Notes: generated by a model from the sequence alone, not told the origin. A stretch of DNA of 64,000 nt from Phoronis australis (GCA_002633005.1 NMRA01000517.1:101827-165826); one strand, 5' to 3'. Counted from the stretch's first letter, positions 13,517 through 27,285 are shown. Numbers and translations: made by a program.

Positions 13517-14641
13517 GCAGTTAATGTGACACGCAAGATTAAATAATGGGTATATACTTGGAATAAGTTAAATGTACTTCTAAGGAAAGAGCAAGCAATA
13601 CGTATATCTTGGTTACACCTTAAAATTATGCAAATTTGTCACGCCATTTCACCAGTGTATTTTTGTTGCACAGTCGACCAAAAACGTTAGGGTCTCTGCA
13701 AGTACTCAGTGCTGGTCAGTTGAGCCATGTTACAGTAGATCTGTAGTACTGGTTATGAGCTCAAGGTGGTGTTTTGTAGCTTTATGAATGCTTGAAACAT
13801 TATAACTGTAATTAAAAGGTTTCCTGTTAGTGCAAAACTTAGAGTTTAAATTTGGTCCCCTGAAGGTTAAAGTCAAGCAAAAACACTCAGCTGGTCAAAC
13901 CAAAAATCCACACCTACTTCAAACCATTATGAATCAACTCAGTGGCATTGAATGTTACTGGGTGTTAAAGAATTAATTAATAATTAAGTGCAGTGTGGAA
14001 AATCTGCAATCATAAAAAACAAACACAGGGTTGCTCAAAAAACATGAATCAAAACAATGTTCAATGGGTAAAACATAATTAATTAAAAAGATGCAAAAAC
14101 TATTGTTAAACAGACATATTTTACTGGTCTTATTTATTGATTTTTAATTAATTTATATCAGTTATGGCATCTAGCCTTATTACTGTTGTTGAACATTGTC
14201 TACTCATTAGTCTGCAAAGTTTTCTGTTCAAAGGAAATATGTTGGATTATGCATGTTGCTGTTCTACTGTCATGGCAGGCTGCTCGTCTCAAACCCGATG
14301 GCCCCTGTTCAACTTTATGGTTTTATTAAAAGTGGCCTTGCCTTTCGAATTTCTGTACATGAAAAATAAAGCGTGTTTAAGCGACCTCTAAGGAAATCTT
14401 GTGTTTATAGACGTTTCACTGACAGTGTCTTATTCACAATACAATCAATGTTTTGTTTATAGACAGTTACCCTTCCTTATCTTAGCTATTTCAGCAAGAT
14501 GTTAATACTGACGTTTCAACTATTTAAATCTTTGAAACAAAACAATGTTTTGCAGAACATTCTTAAGTTTGATTCAGTTTGATAGCGTCTTACAAAATGG
14601 CGGCATGTCGAGTAGTGTGACTAACTCTGCGAGTCAGATAA

Positions 14642-16234
14642 AGGAGAATGCCACCCGATTTAATTAGTCTTTTACCTTCTTAATCAGTCTATATCCGCAT
14701 CGCCTCTTATACGATCGACCTCACCTTGCCGAGAGGTGTCGCGTTAAACTGTGAGGAAGGTGAAAAACGACGCAGCGACGTCAGTGGTTCGTCTGCAGAA
14801 TGAATGCCGTTGTATTGCAGTGCATTGTTCCCGCTTGTCCGAACTATGAAGCTTCCTCGAGAGCTCGAAATGCTTAGGAATTGGCTCGTGGTTGTGAAGA
14901 AGGAAAGTTACGCTGTTAATAGCAAGTATGAGGCCGTGAAACATCTCCGTGTCTGTGGCCGCCATTTCGTCGACAGTGATTTCTCTGACAAATTCCGACT
15001 TACCAAAGAATTATCCATACGTTCCGTTGCCTGCGCATGTTCACGGCGCCTCTGCTATTTTTTGATCAGTGGATTCCGGTTCGAACTGATAGCCTGTGAA
15101 ACCTATAACGATCCAACCCATGAAGTCTTCGTCGGATGAGCTCTTGACTAAGTCGGGATTGGCGCCGGGCGAGTTGCCATGTAGACGTTCATTATTCTGC
15201 TTAAATAAAACCGAAACAAAGTCTGTCTCATTAGATACAATTTATTGTAATGCCTTTGTAGTAGTCGTGAGTGCAAATGTTGAGAAGCCAGCAATGAATA
15301 AACCACTGTTACCGGCTTTTGATGCCGGCAATAAAGGTAACTGACTGCCGGGGCACCGAGGTCGTGGGAGCCCATGCTAATTCTGCCTTTGCTGACAGAA
15401 AGCTTTTGTGAAACAATTTCTCGATTTCATATGCTATGGTCACGTGTTAGGGGAATCTTTAATTCAGAAATACAAATACGTTATTCAAATCATTGTTACT
15501 GTACAACCTTTGCCGTGACGTTCTATGGAAGGGTAACCCGACTTCGCGGCACCCGACAAGTAAGTAGATTTTCAGTTTCGTGGCTAATTCACTTAAATAA
15601 TTACGAGAACATTATTTCTTTGGCTCACTATCATAGTCTTTTCGTGACTGGAGATTAGTTTCCAACTCAAGCTGGTTTATGTTCGTGCTAATCCCGGCGT
15701 CCGCGACGAGCCTGATCGGGTTCCGAGCCACTGGCCGTGATAACAAGGCGTTATGTGTGTTTAGAAGTCAAAAAATCACAAGCCTAAGCAACACAGATCT
15801 AGGTTCTCCTGTCTATATTTCACGGAGGAATACTTCGAATTTATCTCCGAACAGACCACAAACTCCTGCTACGGACTTTCGTAAATTGGCCTGCCGAACT
15901 TTATAGGTTACGGTGTGTCCAAATACCAATAAATCCGTAACAACGAAATAAAATAAGTTTTTATAAGAGCTTTGTGTATTTTTAAGGGTGTTACATCGAA
16001 GTTTGATGATTTATTGGTGTTAAACGATGAACTCAAGCAATAAGCTGACACCAGTAACCCGTGTTGTGAACTGCTGAAAAGACTGAGCGTGAAACCAATG
16101 ACGTCATTGGGTAATTTCAACACCTCCGTCTGCCCTCAGGTGTCAGGTAACGCAACCGAACGTGTCGTTATCGAGTAGAACTACTCGATCTAAACTGATA
16201 CAAAATAGGTTATTTTTGGGTGGCATATTCTCCT
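14642..16234 (+). mobile_element. Kolobok-like DNA transposon, internally deleted (THAP N-terminus on +, KolX N-terminus on -)
   Basis: TIRs AGGAGAATGCCACCC and GGGTGGCATATTCTCCT with ATAA/TTAA flanks. THAP remnants CIVPAC...RNWLVVVK...VCGRHF from 14804. Homologous to 57951-59210. Confidence 0.75.
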
Positions 16235-16255
16235 TTAATGGAGTGTGTAGAGTCC

Positions 16256-16485
16256 CGCGTCTCAAACCACCGACTGTGGGGAGGGGCCGCGTGTCTCAAA
16301 CCACCGACTGTGGGGAGGGGCCGCGTGTCTCAAACCCCCGACTGCGGAAATTCGTCCGCGCCTCTCGAGCCGCCGACTGGGTGGGGAAGGGCCGCGCGTC
16401 TCAAACCACCGACTTTGGGAGGTGCCGCGCATCTCTTGCTATTTTGCCGCTGGTGAGGGGTCTTGCGTCTTAGACCACCCACTCC
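16256..16485. repeat. GC-rich minisatellite of about 33 bp (CGCGTCTCAAACCACCGACTGTGGGGAGGGGC)
   Basis: About 6 diverged units immediately after the Kolobok-like right end. Confidence 0.85.
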
Positions 16486-17399
16486 ATTTCGTGATGCAAT
16501 GAGGACAGAATTTTAACTGAAAAATTCTGTCGCTCCGAGGATGTACATATTACCTTTGAAGCAGGCGAGGAAGTCATTTTGGGCGACTAAAGTAGCCAAA
16601 ACGTGCGCGTCGAAGGTCTGTGAACATTTCGACTTCAGGACATTGGAGAAGAAACGTACCCATCATTTAACCATTTCTTTCACTCGAAATCTCGTTTTAG
16701 TAATGCATCCTGTAAAGTCTGTATAACATTCAAGTTCTTTATAGTCCAATCATTCTAGGGCTCCAGAGGGCCCAACCTAGAAAAAATTGCAACAGAAGTT
16801 TTTTTTTGCATAAATGGCATCTTCCAACATCCCTTGGTATTAGTGACGCGTCACGCAAAGTTTGCCGGTAAATTCAAATCGTTTCCCACGCCAACCGACG
16901 ACACCGGTGCTCTTTAAATTGACTACTCATTAGAAAACACGGTGACAGTCCTGGTCGTTATTCGAGATTATGCTTATAAAACCGCTACTCTTATGTTTAC
17001 AGGATTGTCAGCGATGAACATGGTACACGGTGTGTGCTAACATTGAACAGTTTGTAACTAGGTGAATATTATGGACACAGTCAAATAAATTTAAAATGGC
17101 ACAAATTAAAGAAGAATGATAACTAGGTCAGATTTTACTTAATTGAAAAATTAGTGCAGACAATCTGAACCCGGCTTCTAAATTCCTCCGGGGGGCCACA
17201 CACTAATGGGTGCAACTGTTACGTAGAGCACGCTTCTTGATCAAAATTTCATGTATAGTGAATTTTGTTTATATGTCGTAAAGGAAGAGCACAGGCGACT
17301 CGTTTTGACAGTAATTGCCTTGTGGGTAGGATGAAGGAATGCCATCTGCGGATTAGTTACTGGAAGAAGTGAAGGCACTGAGATCACCTGACAAAAAAG

Positions 17400-17613
17400 C
17401 GCCGGCGGAGGACTAAAAAAACGGGGTTCCCCCTTCAGAACTGTGAACTGTGCGTCTGCGCCTCTTTCAGTGGTGGACTTTGTCTCGATTTCTGGGACTT
17501 TTTGTTTCTCTGTGGCGGACCTTTTTGCCCACTTCGCCAAATGGGGGGCTAGCTCGTTCGACTGAGCCCCCCGGCGAGCCCGCCCCCGGGCCCCCCAGCT
17601 GGGTGCGCGCATG
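17400..17613. mobile_element. Partial copy of the CATG-terminal MITE seen at 52417-52697
   Basis: Shared GGACTAAAAAA, GGACTTTTTGTTTC and GACCYTTTTGCCCA..GCCAAA..GGGGG..CTCGTT; ends CTGGGTGCGCGCATG. Confidence 0.55.
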
Positions 17614-18869
17614 ATGAGATAGTATAGGTAAAATCTCCTGTCAAGGAGAATAACATTTGTCTCATTTCATTGACCTGAATAATGTCAGTCGAGCTAGAAC
17701 TTAAAACGTAGATAACACGTCACTGGTCTCTCCGAAAACGTTGCATATTGGGCGCTACTCGATCATTTACTGACCGGCACTGAGTGTATGAATGAGGCTT
17801 ACGGCCGCTGCGGCTGGGATATCTATATATATTTACTAGCTAGAGCGCCTAGCCATTCTGGACCGGCTTGTTTTAATAAGTGAGGCTTAGGAGTTAGTAG
17901 GGAACACGAGAGATGGGGCGGTGTCCCTTGACTGGCCTGTTCGAGGCCATTTGTTTCCTGCCCAAAGACTGTGCGGACTAATAAATCCGCCATTGAAAAA
18001 TTCAAGATTTTAAGGCAAAGGAAAGAATCGGTTAACTGTAACAATGAAGAAAATAAACAGTCAGTTGCAATCGCTGTTCCCTTGTTGAAATATCCCCAGC
18101 CAAACTGAGTCAGTTGAGCTCGCAGTACGTGCCCTGCTGCATGACGCTGAGCAAGATGAACCGGATGGACGGCGACTTGTTGTCGTGTGCACCCGGCCAC
18201 CGCTCATTTGACCGATGGCTTTAATTATTATGACCAGTGTGATATTGACAGCCCCCCTCAAAAAAACGCACAAGTCAATTTGGTAAGTATTCTTCCGTAA
18301 AAAATGCGAAAAAAGAAAATCTACTAGTAGTTCGTGTTTTGTTCAAGTTTGCATCCAGTCGTTTCTTAATTCTGAAACAAAGCTACAGAATTAAATATTT
18401 TAATTGCCTTTTACATATATTTTACAAATACGTGACGTCTTGAACTTATTTTTTTAACGACGAGGTTTAAATTTTATAGTCCGCCTGGTGTTCCCGTTCC
18501 AGTGGTGCGCGACTGACATCTTGCTCAACGCGCTCTTATCTGAGTCCTATACTAGTCTAGGTGGGCACTGAGTGCATGGGCGATTAGTTAATTTGTGCCA
18601 TGTTCGGCCTTGGAAGATTTCGTTAATAGTAGATTACGTCCGACGAGTACAGAGTTCAATCAATATTAATCCCAACTGATTTCAGAATTCGCTCTCCGCA
18701 CTGGTCTGAATGGGCCACTCCGTCGGCGGATCACTGAACATTCGTCACTCCCGTTGGGTGGCGCTGACTCAAAAACATATATTCGAAAGGTAAATTTTTG
18801 AACTACCATATCCGGTTTGAAGCGAGGCGAAAGTTGCATGAGATTTCAGTCTTAAGTTTGGGAGGTAGA

Positions 18870-21800
18870 ATGCAAAGATTATTCAGCACAGTCGGAAAGC
18901 TTGGCGTTGGCATCGCGGTTATTGGCGGTGTGGGACAGTCAGCTTTATACAATGGTGAGTAAAATGGGACAAAGGATTGCAGGAATCATAACGTCAACTC
19001 GCCAAACCTGGGAAAATTCATCAAACCAATCCGCAATCGGTAAAGCAAAGCAGGCGTTAGGCTAGGCAATGACCATCGCCTGTGTTGACCCGAACCAGAG
19101 GCGNTCCTCAAATGTTGTAGATTTCACGAAAAAGTGAGAGTGGAGTGGCGCGCGTGATCCATGAGAGTGGGCAATTGTATATTGCGACACTTCATTTTAT
19201 TTTTTAAATATTCCTGACAGAATTTGAAATGGGACCAAGTTATCCGACTATTACCGCCCTTTGCGTACGTGCTGCCGGGAACCAGCCAAGCATTTGCCGT
19301 GTTGTTAAAACACTAAAATGTCAAATATGTGCTCAAAGACTATTAAATGTCATATCAACAGCATTTATTTTTATCAAATACAAACAATAATTCATTGAAA
19401 TACAATCAGTTTCAAGTAACGCAAATTAAAGACCAGTGTAAGTGGTGCATTTTGGAAACGAACATTTGACTGACAAGACCGCAATGGCTCACCTTTGGCC
19501 TATTTAAAGATTGATGTCATGAAGTCACATCACCTAGCGAACGTGGTAAAAATTGGAGCGTGCGCAGTACTATAAAAATGGTGAGTTCACGATTTCGGGA
19601 ACTGAACGAGTGACTGCTCGAACAAAAAGTTCGATAACGGAAGTATTTGCTCGAGTTGTCACCACTGCTGCTGTGCACTGGGCTGTTATGAAGGTCACTC
19701 GGATTAATGACCTAACATTTTTCAATTGGAAATTTGAAGGGGTTATGTCAACTTTACATAAAGGTGGCCTGCACGAAAGTTGTTCAGAATTTAATGGACA
19801 TTTTCACCATATTCATATCTTTACCGTAGCCTTGGTGTAAATAATTCTATACCGTAATAAGCATTTTTAGAAGGGCATTCATGAGACTTGCATGTTTAAT
19901 AAAGCACATTTATTGTCTGTAACATCACATTTACAAACAAGAATTTACAGTATATAACATACCTCAGCTTTGCACGATAACAAATTCATGACTTGTGCAG
20001 TTGGTGGCTAAAGCCTGTTTTGAAGTTCACCTTGGTGTGCAAAAACTTGAAACACGGGTGGGAACACAAAGCTATTCTGTGAAAAAGTCACAAAAATATC
20101 TAGTTCTGAATGAGTTCCATCATGTTTCAGAGGCTCTGTATTATGCTTGAAGGGCGTGAGCCAAGCATCGTCGTAGGCCCGTCCAAGTTCAGCTTCAGGG
20201 ACCGGCAACTCCTCCAAAATTGCACTGAGATCTGAATCGATAGAATCTGCATTACTGTGACTGGTGTGTTAGTTTCCTCGTCACTGTCACCATCACTTTC
20301 GAGTGCTAATTTCAGCTCGTTTTCACTATCTGAGTCCATGAAAACTTCCTCAAGAAACTGGTCAACAGTCACCTTACCACGTTTGGCACTAGCCAAGATA
20401 AAACTTGCGTAAACTTTCAAATATCTCGGAAACAAATAACCACAGCGATATTTTGTAAATCAGAAAAATGTACAGGAAACTATGAACTGTGGAATGCACA
20501 TGCTCACATATATAAGCAGCATACGGGGCTTTCACAATTTCTGAATGAAAAACACCAGTGTCCTGGGGTGAGTACACTCTCCTTGCGCAGCCTAGCCGTA
20601 GCTAATTATAGGCGATTGAGTACACCCTACGCATTTTAATAGGATAATAGGCTTGTCGGCTGACCTCGCCTTGTGCAGGATAAGGCATAAGGTCAATATC
20701 ATTTAAATGCTCAAGTGGCTGGTGTAAACACGTAGCAGGGGTGAACCTCTGCCCAAATTTTTTAGGTCATAATAAAACACAAGTTGGCTAACATCCTCTC
20801 CCACTTATTAGGTTGCTATATGACCTTGGAATGTTGATCATTTGTTTTTTTTCTTAAAGCAAACATCTTTTCTTGTAGAACATTTATGTGAAGGACCTGT
20901 TTATAACATGAAGAATAAAAAGTTCGGTCCATGTAACTGGTTGGCTAATAATTTTTGAAAATGGCTAAAAGTTTTCAGATGTTTTAGCTATTTTGGCTAA
21001 TACTTTTTTTATAAGTCTAGTGCGAGCCTTGTTGCGCCCTTATTGGCCAGCACCAGCATATGAGCCGGCACAGCCTACGCGGGCAGTCTCCAAGACGAAC
21101 AACAGTCGTCTTTGGATGCCAACAGAGGGCACATACAGCAGTAGGCTTGTGCAGCAGTGAGATAGGTCGAATAATGGCTCACTACACTGCTCCCATTATC
21201 AAAATTTTTCTTCAGTCTGGTTATTAATCAGTAGTTGTCTGCATGGAATCCATGAACAAAGCATCTGCTACTGCCGACTAGCATCAATCAGTAGTTGTCT
21301 GCATGGAATCCATGAACAAAGCGTCTACTACTGCCTGCTAGCATCAATCCATCTAATTTAGGTTGAGCAAGAATGTAATCTAGGTCTTTATGTTTGGTGG
21401 TGGATATTCAGTTGATCTGCATGTGCATTCTTGTCTACAGTTGATGGTGGTCACCGAGCGGTCATATTTGACCGTTTCCGTGGAGTTCAAGACCGAGTGG
21501 TAGGAGAGGGTACACATTTCTTGATTCCATGGGTCCAGCGGCCAATCATATTTGACTGTCGATCACGACCTCGCAATGTTCCTGTAATTACTGGCAGTAA
21601 AGGTGAGTAATAAGCGCTGTAGTACTTGTGTTAGGGTTATGTAAAATGGTGGAAAATTGGCCAAATTTTGGTTCCCTTAGAACATCGTATCTGACAGATG
21701 GCAGATCGTATTCATAGACATTTCTCCCATATTTGTCAGATGAAGGTCAAGGTTGCACATCAAATCCAAGAAGAGCTGATTATCTCACGAATGTTGGCAG

Positions 21801-24800
21801 TGATTCTTTGTGCCTTCTTTGTGTCATCTGTTTTATTTCCAATGAAATTGGTAGAGCAGTCTTCAAATTGACTTTCAGTTCTGTTGAAATTACTGTTCTT
21901 TGAATATGGATTATTTGTGAATTAGTAAATTGGCTCGTCTCTTGTAAATGTGCAGCAACTTCGCTAAGCACCTTTTATTTGTGTTATTCAAACTATGTAC
22001 TGATTCATATATACATGTTTTGTTTATCATTATAGATTTACAGAATGTCAACATCACGTTGCGCGTCTTGTTTCGACCTGTTGAGAATCAACTTCCACAG
22101 ATTTTCATGAACCTCGGTCTGGACTACGATGAGCGTGTGCTGCCCTCTATCACTAATGAAGTACTTAAAGCTGTTGTGGTATGTAACACTAGTGACATCT
22201 TACAAAAAATGAAGTCAAATACTGGAATTAGCTTACTTGAATTAGTGACGTTACGTCCGATCCTAAAAAACGTCCAGCGTCAGAGCTTTCGAAAATCCAC
22301 GGCAGCGCTGTGATGTTAGCTGTTTGTAATGTTCCCAAAAGTGCAGTAACTGTGTTCCAAAAGTTGTATTTTCACCTTCTGACATGAATATGGTGAATCC
22401 GGCGTTTTAAAAAACACTCTTACGGACAATTTTAAAAGATTGCTGTTTTGGTTATGCATTAAGTACATACATTGTTCACTCTGAACAAATTTGTACCGCT
22501 GCTTGGAGACATTGAGTATAGTGATGCATGTCTGTCAAGATATTTGAATTCATGCTGTCTTGAAACTTCTGAGTAACTGGCAACCAATCACCCGATGACA
22601 AATTGAATTTGTTTTGAAACCTCTTGCCTAGAACTCAGTATTGTATGCATTTCTGTTTGGCATTGGATTCTTTTTGAATCACTGCTTTATTTTTAATGTC
22701 ATGGATGAAAACGCATTTATTACCATCTGGATTTTTTCTTTAGCATGAGTGAGTTCTGAGCCGTTACTTCTAAGATTTTATTTTCGGAATATTAACTCTT
22801 GCAGTAAAGATGCTAAATACATTATTGTGTACCTACCCCCATGTGCTTGGAATGCTGTAACTTTGAAATCATTTGGTTATGATTTTCACAAATTTCAACA
22901 GTGACATCAAACACGGAATGATGACTTTGACTACAACCAATCGTAGGTTTTTGTTTGCTGCCGTTTTTTATTGACAAATTATACAAAATAAAACAATTTT
23001 GTATGGGAAGGTGCGAATACGTGATGAAGTGGTTATCAAAAGCGAAAGCTATAATAGGGTACAATTGTGAGGTACTTACTCTTCGAACACTTCCGGGCTT
23101 TAAAATGCTTGCGGTCGTAACACGTTCAGCGTTGTTTTGTTTTGAATGTTTATACAATTTCACTGCAACATTTCACGTCTGCAACTTTTCACGTCTGCAA
23201 CATTTCTTCACTGTTGTGTGTAAAAAGGACCTCGTACCTAAAGTTTCAAATTGTATTTCCACGAGAACATTTAACGTTTGATTTTACCGCGCTGTCAGTA
23301 ATTCAAGAAGAATGTTTAACTACTTTGTTCTGATTCCACGCAATTTGTAAGTACATTCAGTTTTACTACGTTAAGTAGTCAAGAGAAAGTCAATAGACTG
23401 GGTTCTCTAGAATGGACAATGGAGAACGAACAACAGTTTGATGTCTTGTTTGTCCAAAGGTCATCCGCTAAATCATAAAACGGTAATTGCCGACTGAGGT
23501 TGTCTAAGCTAGGCGACCAGTTTGCTGACCCAACTGCTGACGGTAGAGGTGACTTAGCTGACAACTGGCAGACCGTTGCTGGTCGCCTAGACTACCGGTC
23601 ACTGTGCAATTTCCAAAACAGTCGGACAAAAATTCGTGATGGGGTCTTATTCACTCACACTACCCAATCTAGGTTTGCTATCAACTCAAGTGAGTTAATT
23701 GGCTTTGGAAGGATTTATGTCCACGAAATGTCATTTAAGAGTTGATTGTCACAATTTATTTGTTTACGTTTGTTGTAGGCAGAGTTTGATGCTGGTGAGC
23801 TCATTACTCAGAGGGAGGTAGTTTCACAGCGTGTCAGTGAAGAATTGATTGACAGGGCATCAAAGTTTGGAATGATTTTGGATGACATTTCCCTGGTAAG
23901 GCCGAATAGCATATTTGGTTGTATATTTGTTTGTTTTGAAAAGTTAGCAAATTCGTTTGGATGACGCGTAATGCTTGGGTGAAAACGGAATTCACCGTCA
24001 TAATAGCCGTCCCTCATGGTTGGTTATTTTAATGGAATGTCACTAAAATGCAAATTAAGCTAGTCACTCCTCCTATAGTTCATTACAATATATTAAATTT
24101 TAAACAAACCTTCTGCTATCTTCAAACTAATGAAACACGTGATACATGCAGACAAAATTCTCTTGAAAAGGCATCTTAGTCTTGAAGACTGAACTGTTAT
24201 GGGACAGTGCCCTCTTGTGGGTTTCAAACAGTTGTAGAAGAGAGCCTGACATGGTGTTTGTAACACTTATTTCACCAAAAATAATTGCCAAAAATTACTA
24301 TTTTTATGCACCCACATGTTTATGTGGACTCATTATGCCGTCCATCCGGCGTCTGCTGCTCTATCTCCGTAATGCATTGACTTATTTTCATGAAATTTTG
24401 CATGTGTTCCTTCCGTGGATGAGACGGCATGAGCGAACTTTTGGACGACTACCGGTATGCCCCTCGTGGCAATTTTATTTTTTTATGTTTACCTGTATTT
24501 TCATAAAATTTAGCATACAAGCATCTGTTAATGAGGTGACGCTATCTCTCCGTTTTCAGATGGATTTGACCTAGTTTGTGCCACCTAGTGGCTATTTTTA
24601 CTGCTTTCGAGTCTGTTCTTTGGCGCCCACTTGTTTATCAACCAAACCACTTTCAGGATAATTGTGAAAATTAGCATGTATGTTTTACTATGGAGTGGAC
24701 GACTGACGATGACTTTCCGCCTCCTAGTGTCAGTTTTGTTTTTTGCGCTCATGGCTGTATCGCCTAAGCCGTTTGCAGGATCTTTACTTTAGTGTAGTTA

Positions 24801-27186
24801 TATTATGTTGACAGCGGACAACGACGACTTTCGGATGAATCTGACTACTGGTGTGCCCTCTAGTGGCAATTTCAGTTTTTTTACGTTTACCTCTGTATCT
24901 TCAAAGGTCCTCAACAGATTTTCGTAAAATTTTGAATATAGGCACCTATTGGTGAGATGACGCTATCCTCCTGTTTTTGGTGGTTAGAGGTATTTGGCCA
25001 TTTTTGCTGTGTTCAAATCTTCTTTTTGACGTCCACCAAATCATTCTGTGGATGGTTTTGAAAACTGGCATATATTGTCAGTGTGAAGTGTGATGATGGT
25101 GACTGACTGTATATGTTCTCAGTGTGAAGAGGATGTTTGATGATTGCAACTGACTGCTGTGGCGCCTCTCAGTGGTAGTTTTCTTTTGTTTTGTTTTGCG
25201 CCCATAGCTGTATCTCCTAAACCCACTGCAGGATCTTTACTAGATTTAGTAAGTGTATTTATATGAAGATATCAACAGACGACGATGACTTTCAGGCAGA
25301 TCCAACGGACACTGTGCCTCCTAGTGGCAATTTCATTTTATTCTTTTTTCCTTTGTTTCTCTGAAGTTCCTTGACATATTTTTATGAAATATGGCATGTT
25401 CCTGTTTTTTGGATGGATTGTACGTTTTTGCGCCATCTAGAGGCCATTTTTATGATACAAATAAATAACCCTAAAAACATGTTGCTCATGTTCCATTCTT
25501 CAATGGCTGGTTTCCTTTTTGCAAATAATGGGAACTCTAACAAGTAATAGACTTATAACACGTACATACTGCAGAGGGTGCTTGTAATAGGCTTATGACA
25601 TGTACATAGTGCAAACCATGCTTCTAATAGACTTATGACATGTACACAGTGCAAACCATGCTTACAATAGACTTGTGTGTTCTCGGTCTGCATTAATGTT
25701 TGTTTTGTGACATGTACACAGTGCAAACCATGCTTCTAATAGACTTATGACATGTACACAGTGCAAACCATGCTTACAATAGACTTATGTGTTCTCATTC
25801 TACATTAATGTAACAAAATGGAGTTTCACTTGTCGCCCTTATTGTGTGCTAAATAAGTAAATAATTACAGTGTAGTCCCATCAATTGTCTTAACGTGGTG
25901 CACGGAGTGGTAGTCCCCTCTCACTTGCTGTTTTATCTTCATAGACTCATCTTTCATTTGGTGCCGAGTTCACAACTGCCGTAGAGTTGAAACAAGTAGC
26001 ACAGCAGGACGCTGAGAGGGCAAGATACACCGTGGAGAAGGTAGGACCAGCTTGTCGCAGATTTGGTGGACACATCTCCCCTCTCTAGGCTTACAGATGT
26101 GGTTATTGTGCATTTAAATATCATTAGTACTTGAACTACTAATTAGTGTGTTGAGATACTGACTAATGTATATTTTAAAATATTTTCTCATTTCCATCAT
26201 GAACAGTACTTGGTCTGGTGTTGAGCTGTCAACAGAAATGTTTGATGCAACATAATTACAAAGAAATTGTTATTGTGTAATATGACCTAATCTCAGAGAA
26301 ATGTTCATTGTGTAATATGACCTAATCTCAAAGAAATGTTCATTGAATAATATGACCTAATCTCAAAGAAATGTTCATTGTGTAATATGACCTAATCTCA
26401 GAGAAATGTTCCTTGTGTAATATGACCTAATCTCAAAGAAATGTTCATTGTGTAATATGACCTAATCTCAAAGAAATGTTCATTGAGTAATATGACCTAA
26501 TCTCTCTGAAATGTCCAGTAGGGAGAGATATTCATTAAGTGGCCATTTTTCCTTCTCACCCCTTAATGTTTATTGAAGCAGTTCACTTAACTACCGTAAC
26601 GAGCATCATGGACAACAGAAAAGAACAAGCGACTGGTATTTGCCTTAAGAGACAAATGCTTTTGACATGCGTTGGTCTATTTAATTATCAGTTGTCAAGT
26701 GTTCATGGTACTGTGTTTGTGATTTAGCATTGAATAGTATGTCACTGACTTCAATGGGGAACATGAAATTGACTGCGTGTCGCAAGTGAAACAAGATACC
26801 TTCCCGTAGGAATGCCTGCATTCAGGCAAGTCATGTGGGCTCCTTATCAAACCAACACTACCATGGCGATAAGGTGCTTTCTGTCTATGCAGATGCCAAA
26901 AAGTGAGACCTTTATTTCGTAGCATAAATAGTGAATAGCAGATGTTAAAGCGAGGTCATTTGTCTGTTCACAGGAAGAACAGAAAAAACGAGCAGCCATC
27001 ACAATTGCTGAGGGTGACTCCCAGGCAGCGCTGCTTATTGCTAAGGCGATCGGTGAGGCGGGCGAGGGACTGGTGTCTCTCAGAAGAATTGAGGCTGCTG
27101 AGGACATCGCCTATCAACTGTCCAAGGCCAGGAATGTGATTTATTTACCAAATGGACAAAGTACACTGCTGTCACTACCTCAGTGA
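18870..27186 (+). CDS. PHB1: Prohibitin-1 (SPFH/band-7 mitochondrial inner-membrane scaffold), 271 aa
   Basis: Exons 18870-18954, 21441-21602, 22036-22178, 23779-23895, 25945-26040, 26974-27186 total 816 nt, all GT-AG. Translation: [45 protein letters not shown]...[48 protein letters not shown]...[32 protein letters not shown]...[13 protein letters not shown]...[33 protein letters not shown]. These motifs are PHB1-type rather than PHB2-type. Confidence 0.97.
20008..20435 (-). pseudogene. Decayed transposase N-terminus, piggyBac-like (tentative)
   Basis: [32 protein letters not shown], then a frameshift to [20 protein letters not shown]. This resembles the acidic N-terminus of PGBD-type transposases. 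No catalytic core or termini were found. Confidence 0.35.
20720..21031. mobile_element. Right end of a hAT-like repeat, also present at about 52040-52218
   Basis: Shared blocks AGGGGGAACCTCTGCCCA..TTAGGTCA and AAGTTTTCAGATGYTTTAGCTATTTTGGCYAATACTTTT..AAGTCTAGYGCGAGCCT. Confidence 0.5.
24300..25460 (+). mobile_element. Helentron/HINE (DINE-1-like) non-autonomous repeat with internal diverged tandem units
   Basis: Starts TTTTTATGCACCCAC, then CCGTCCATCCG and recurrent CCTAGTGGCAATTT / GGATCTTTAC units. Homologous in reverse orientation to 60640-61585 and 43620-46057. Family assignment is by architecture only. Confidence 0.55.
26275..26510. repeat. 35-bp minisatellite, about 7 copies
   Basis: Unit TATGACCTAATCTCARAGAAATGTTCATTGTGTAA. 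Confidence 0.92.
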
Positions 27187-27285
27187 GGCAGGGATTGTGC
27201 CATGTGACAGCCTCAGTGAAGCTGGGCTTGCATCATGTGACAGCCTCAGTGAGGCAGAGCTTGTGTCACATGACACCCTCAGAGT
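27178..27285 (+). repeat. 33-bp tandem repeat x3 starting at the last PHB1 codons
   Basis: CCTCAGTGA at 27178, 27211 and 27244. Confidence 0.85.

Noticed and set aside
17823-18200. 125-aa minus-strand ORF divergent from PHB1
   Set aside because: No recognisable motif, a non-ATG start, and no downstream exon chain found.
21603-26973. Intronic snoRNA/scaRNA in PHB1
   Set aside because: No convincing box C/D pair with a terminal stem and no H/ACA architecture were found by eye; an Rfam scan would be needed.
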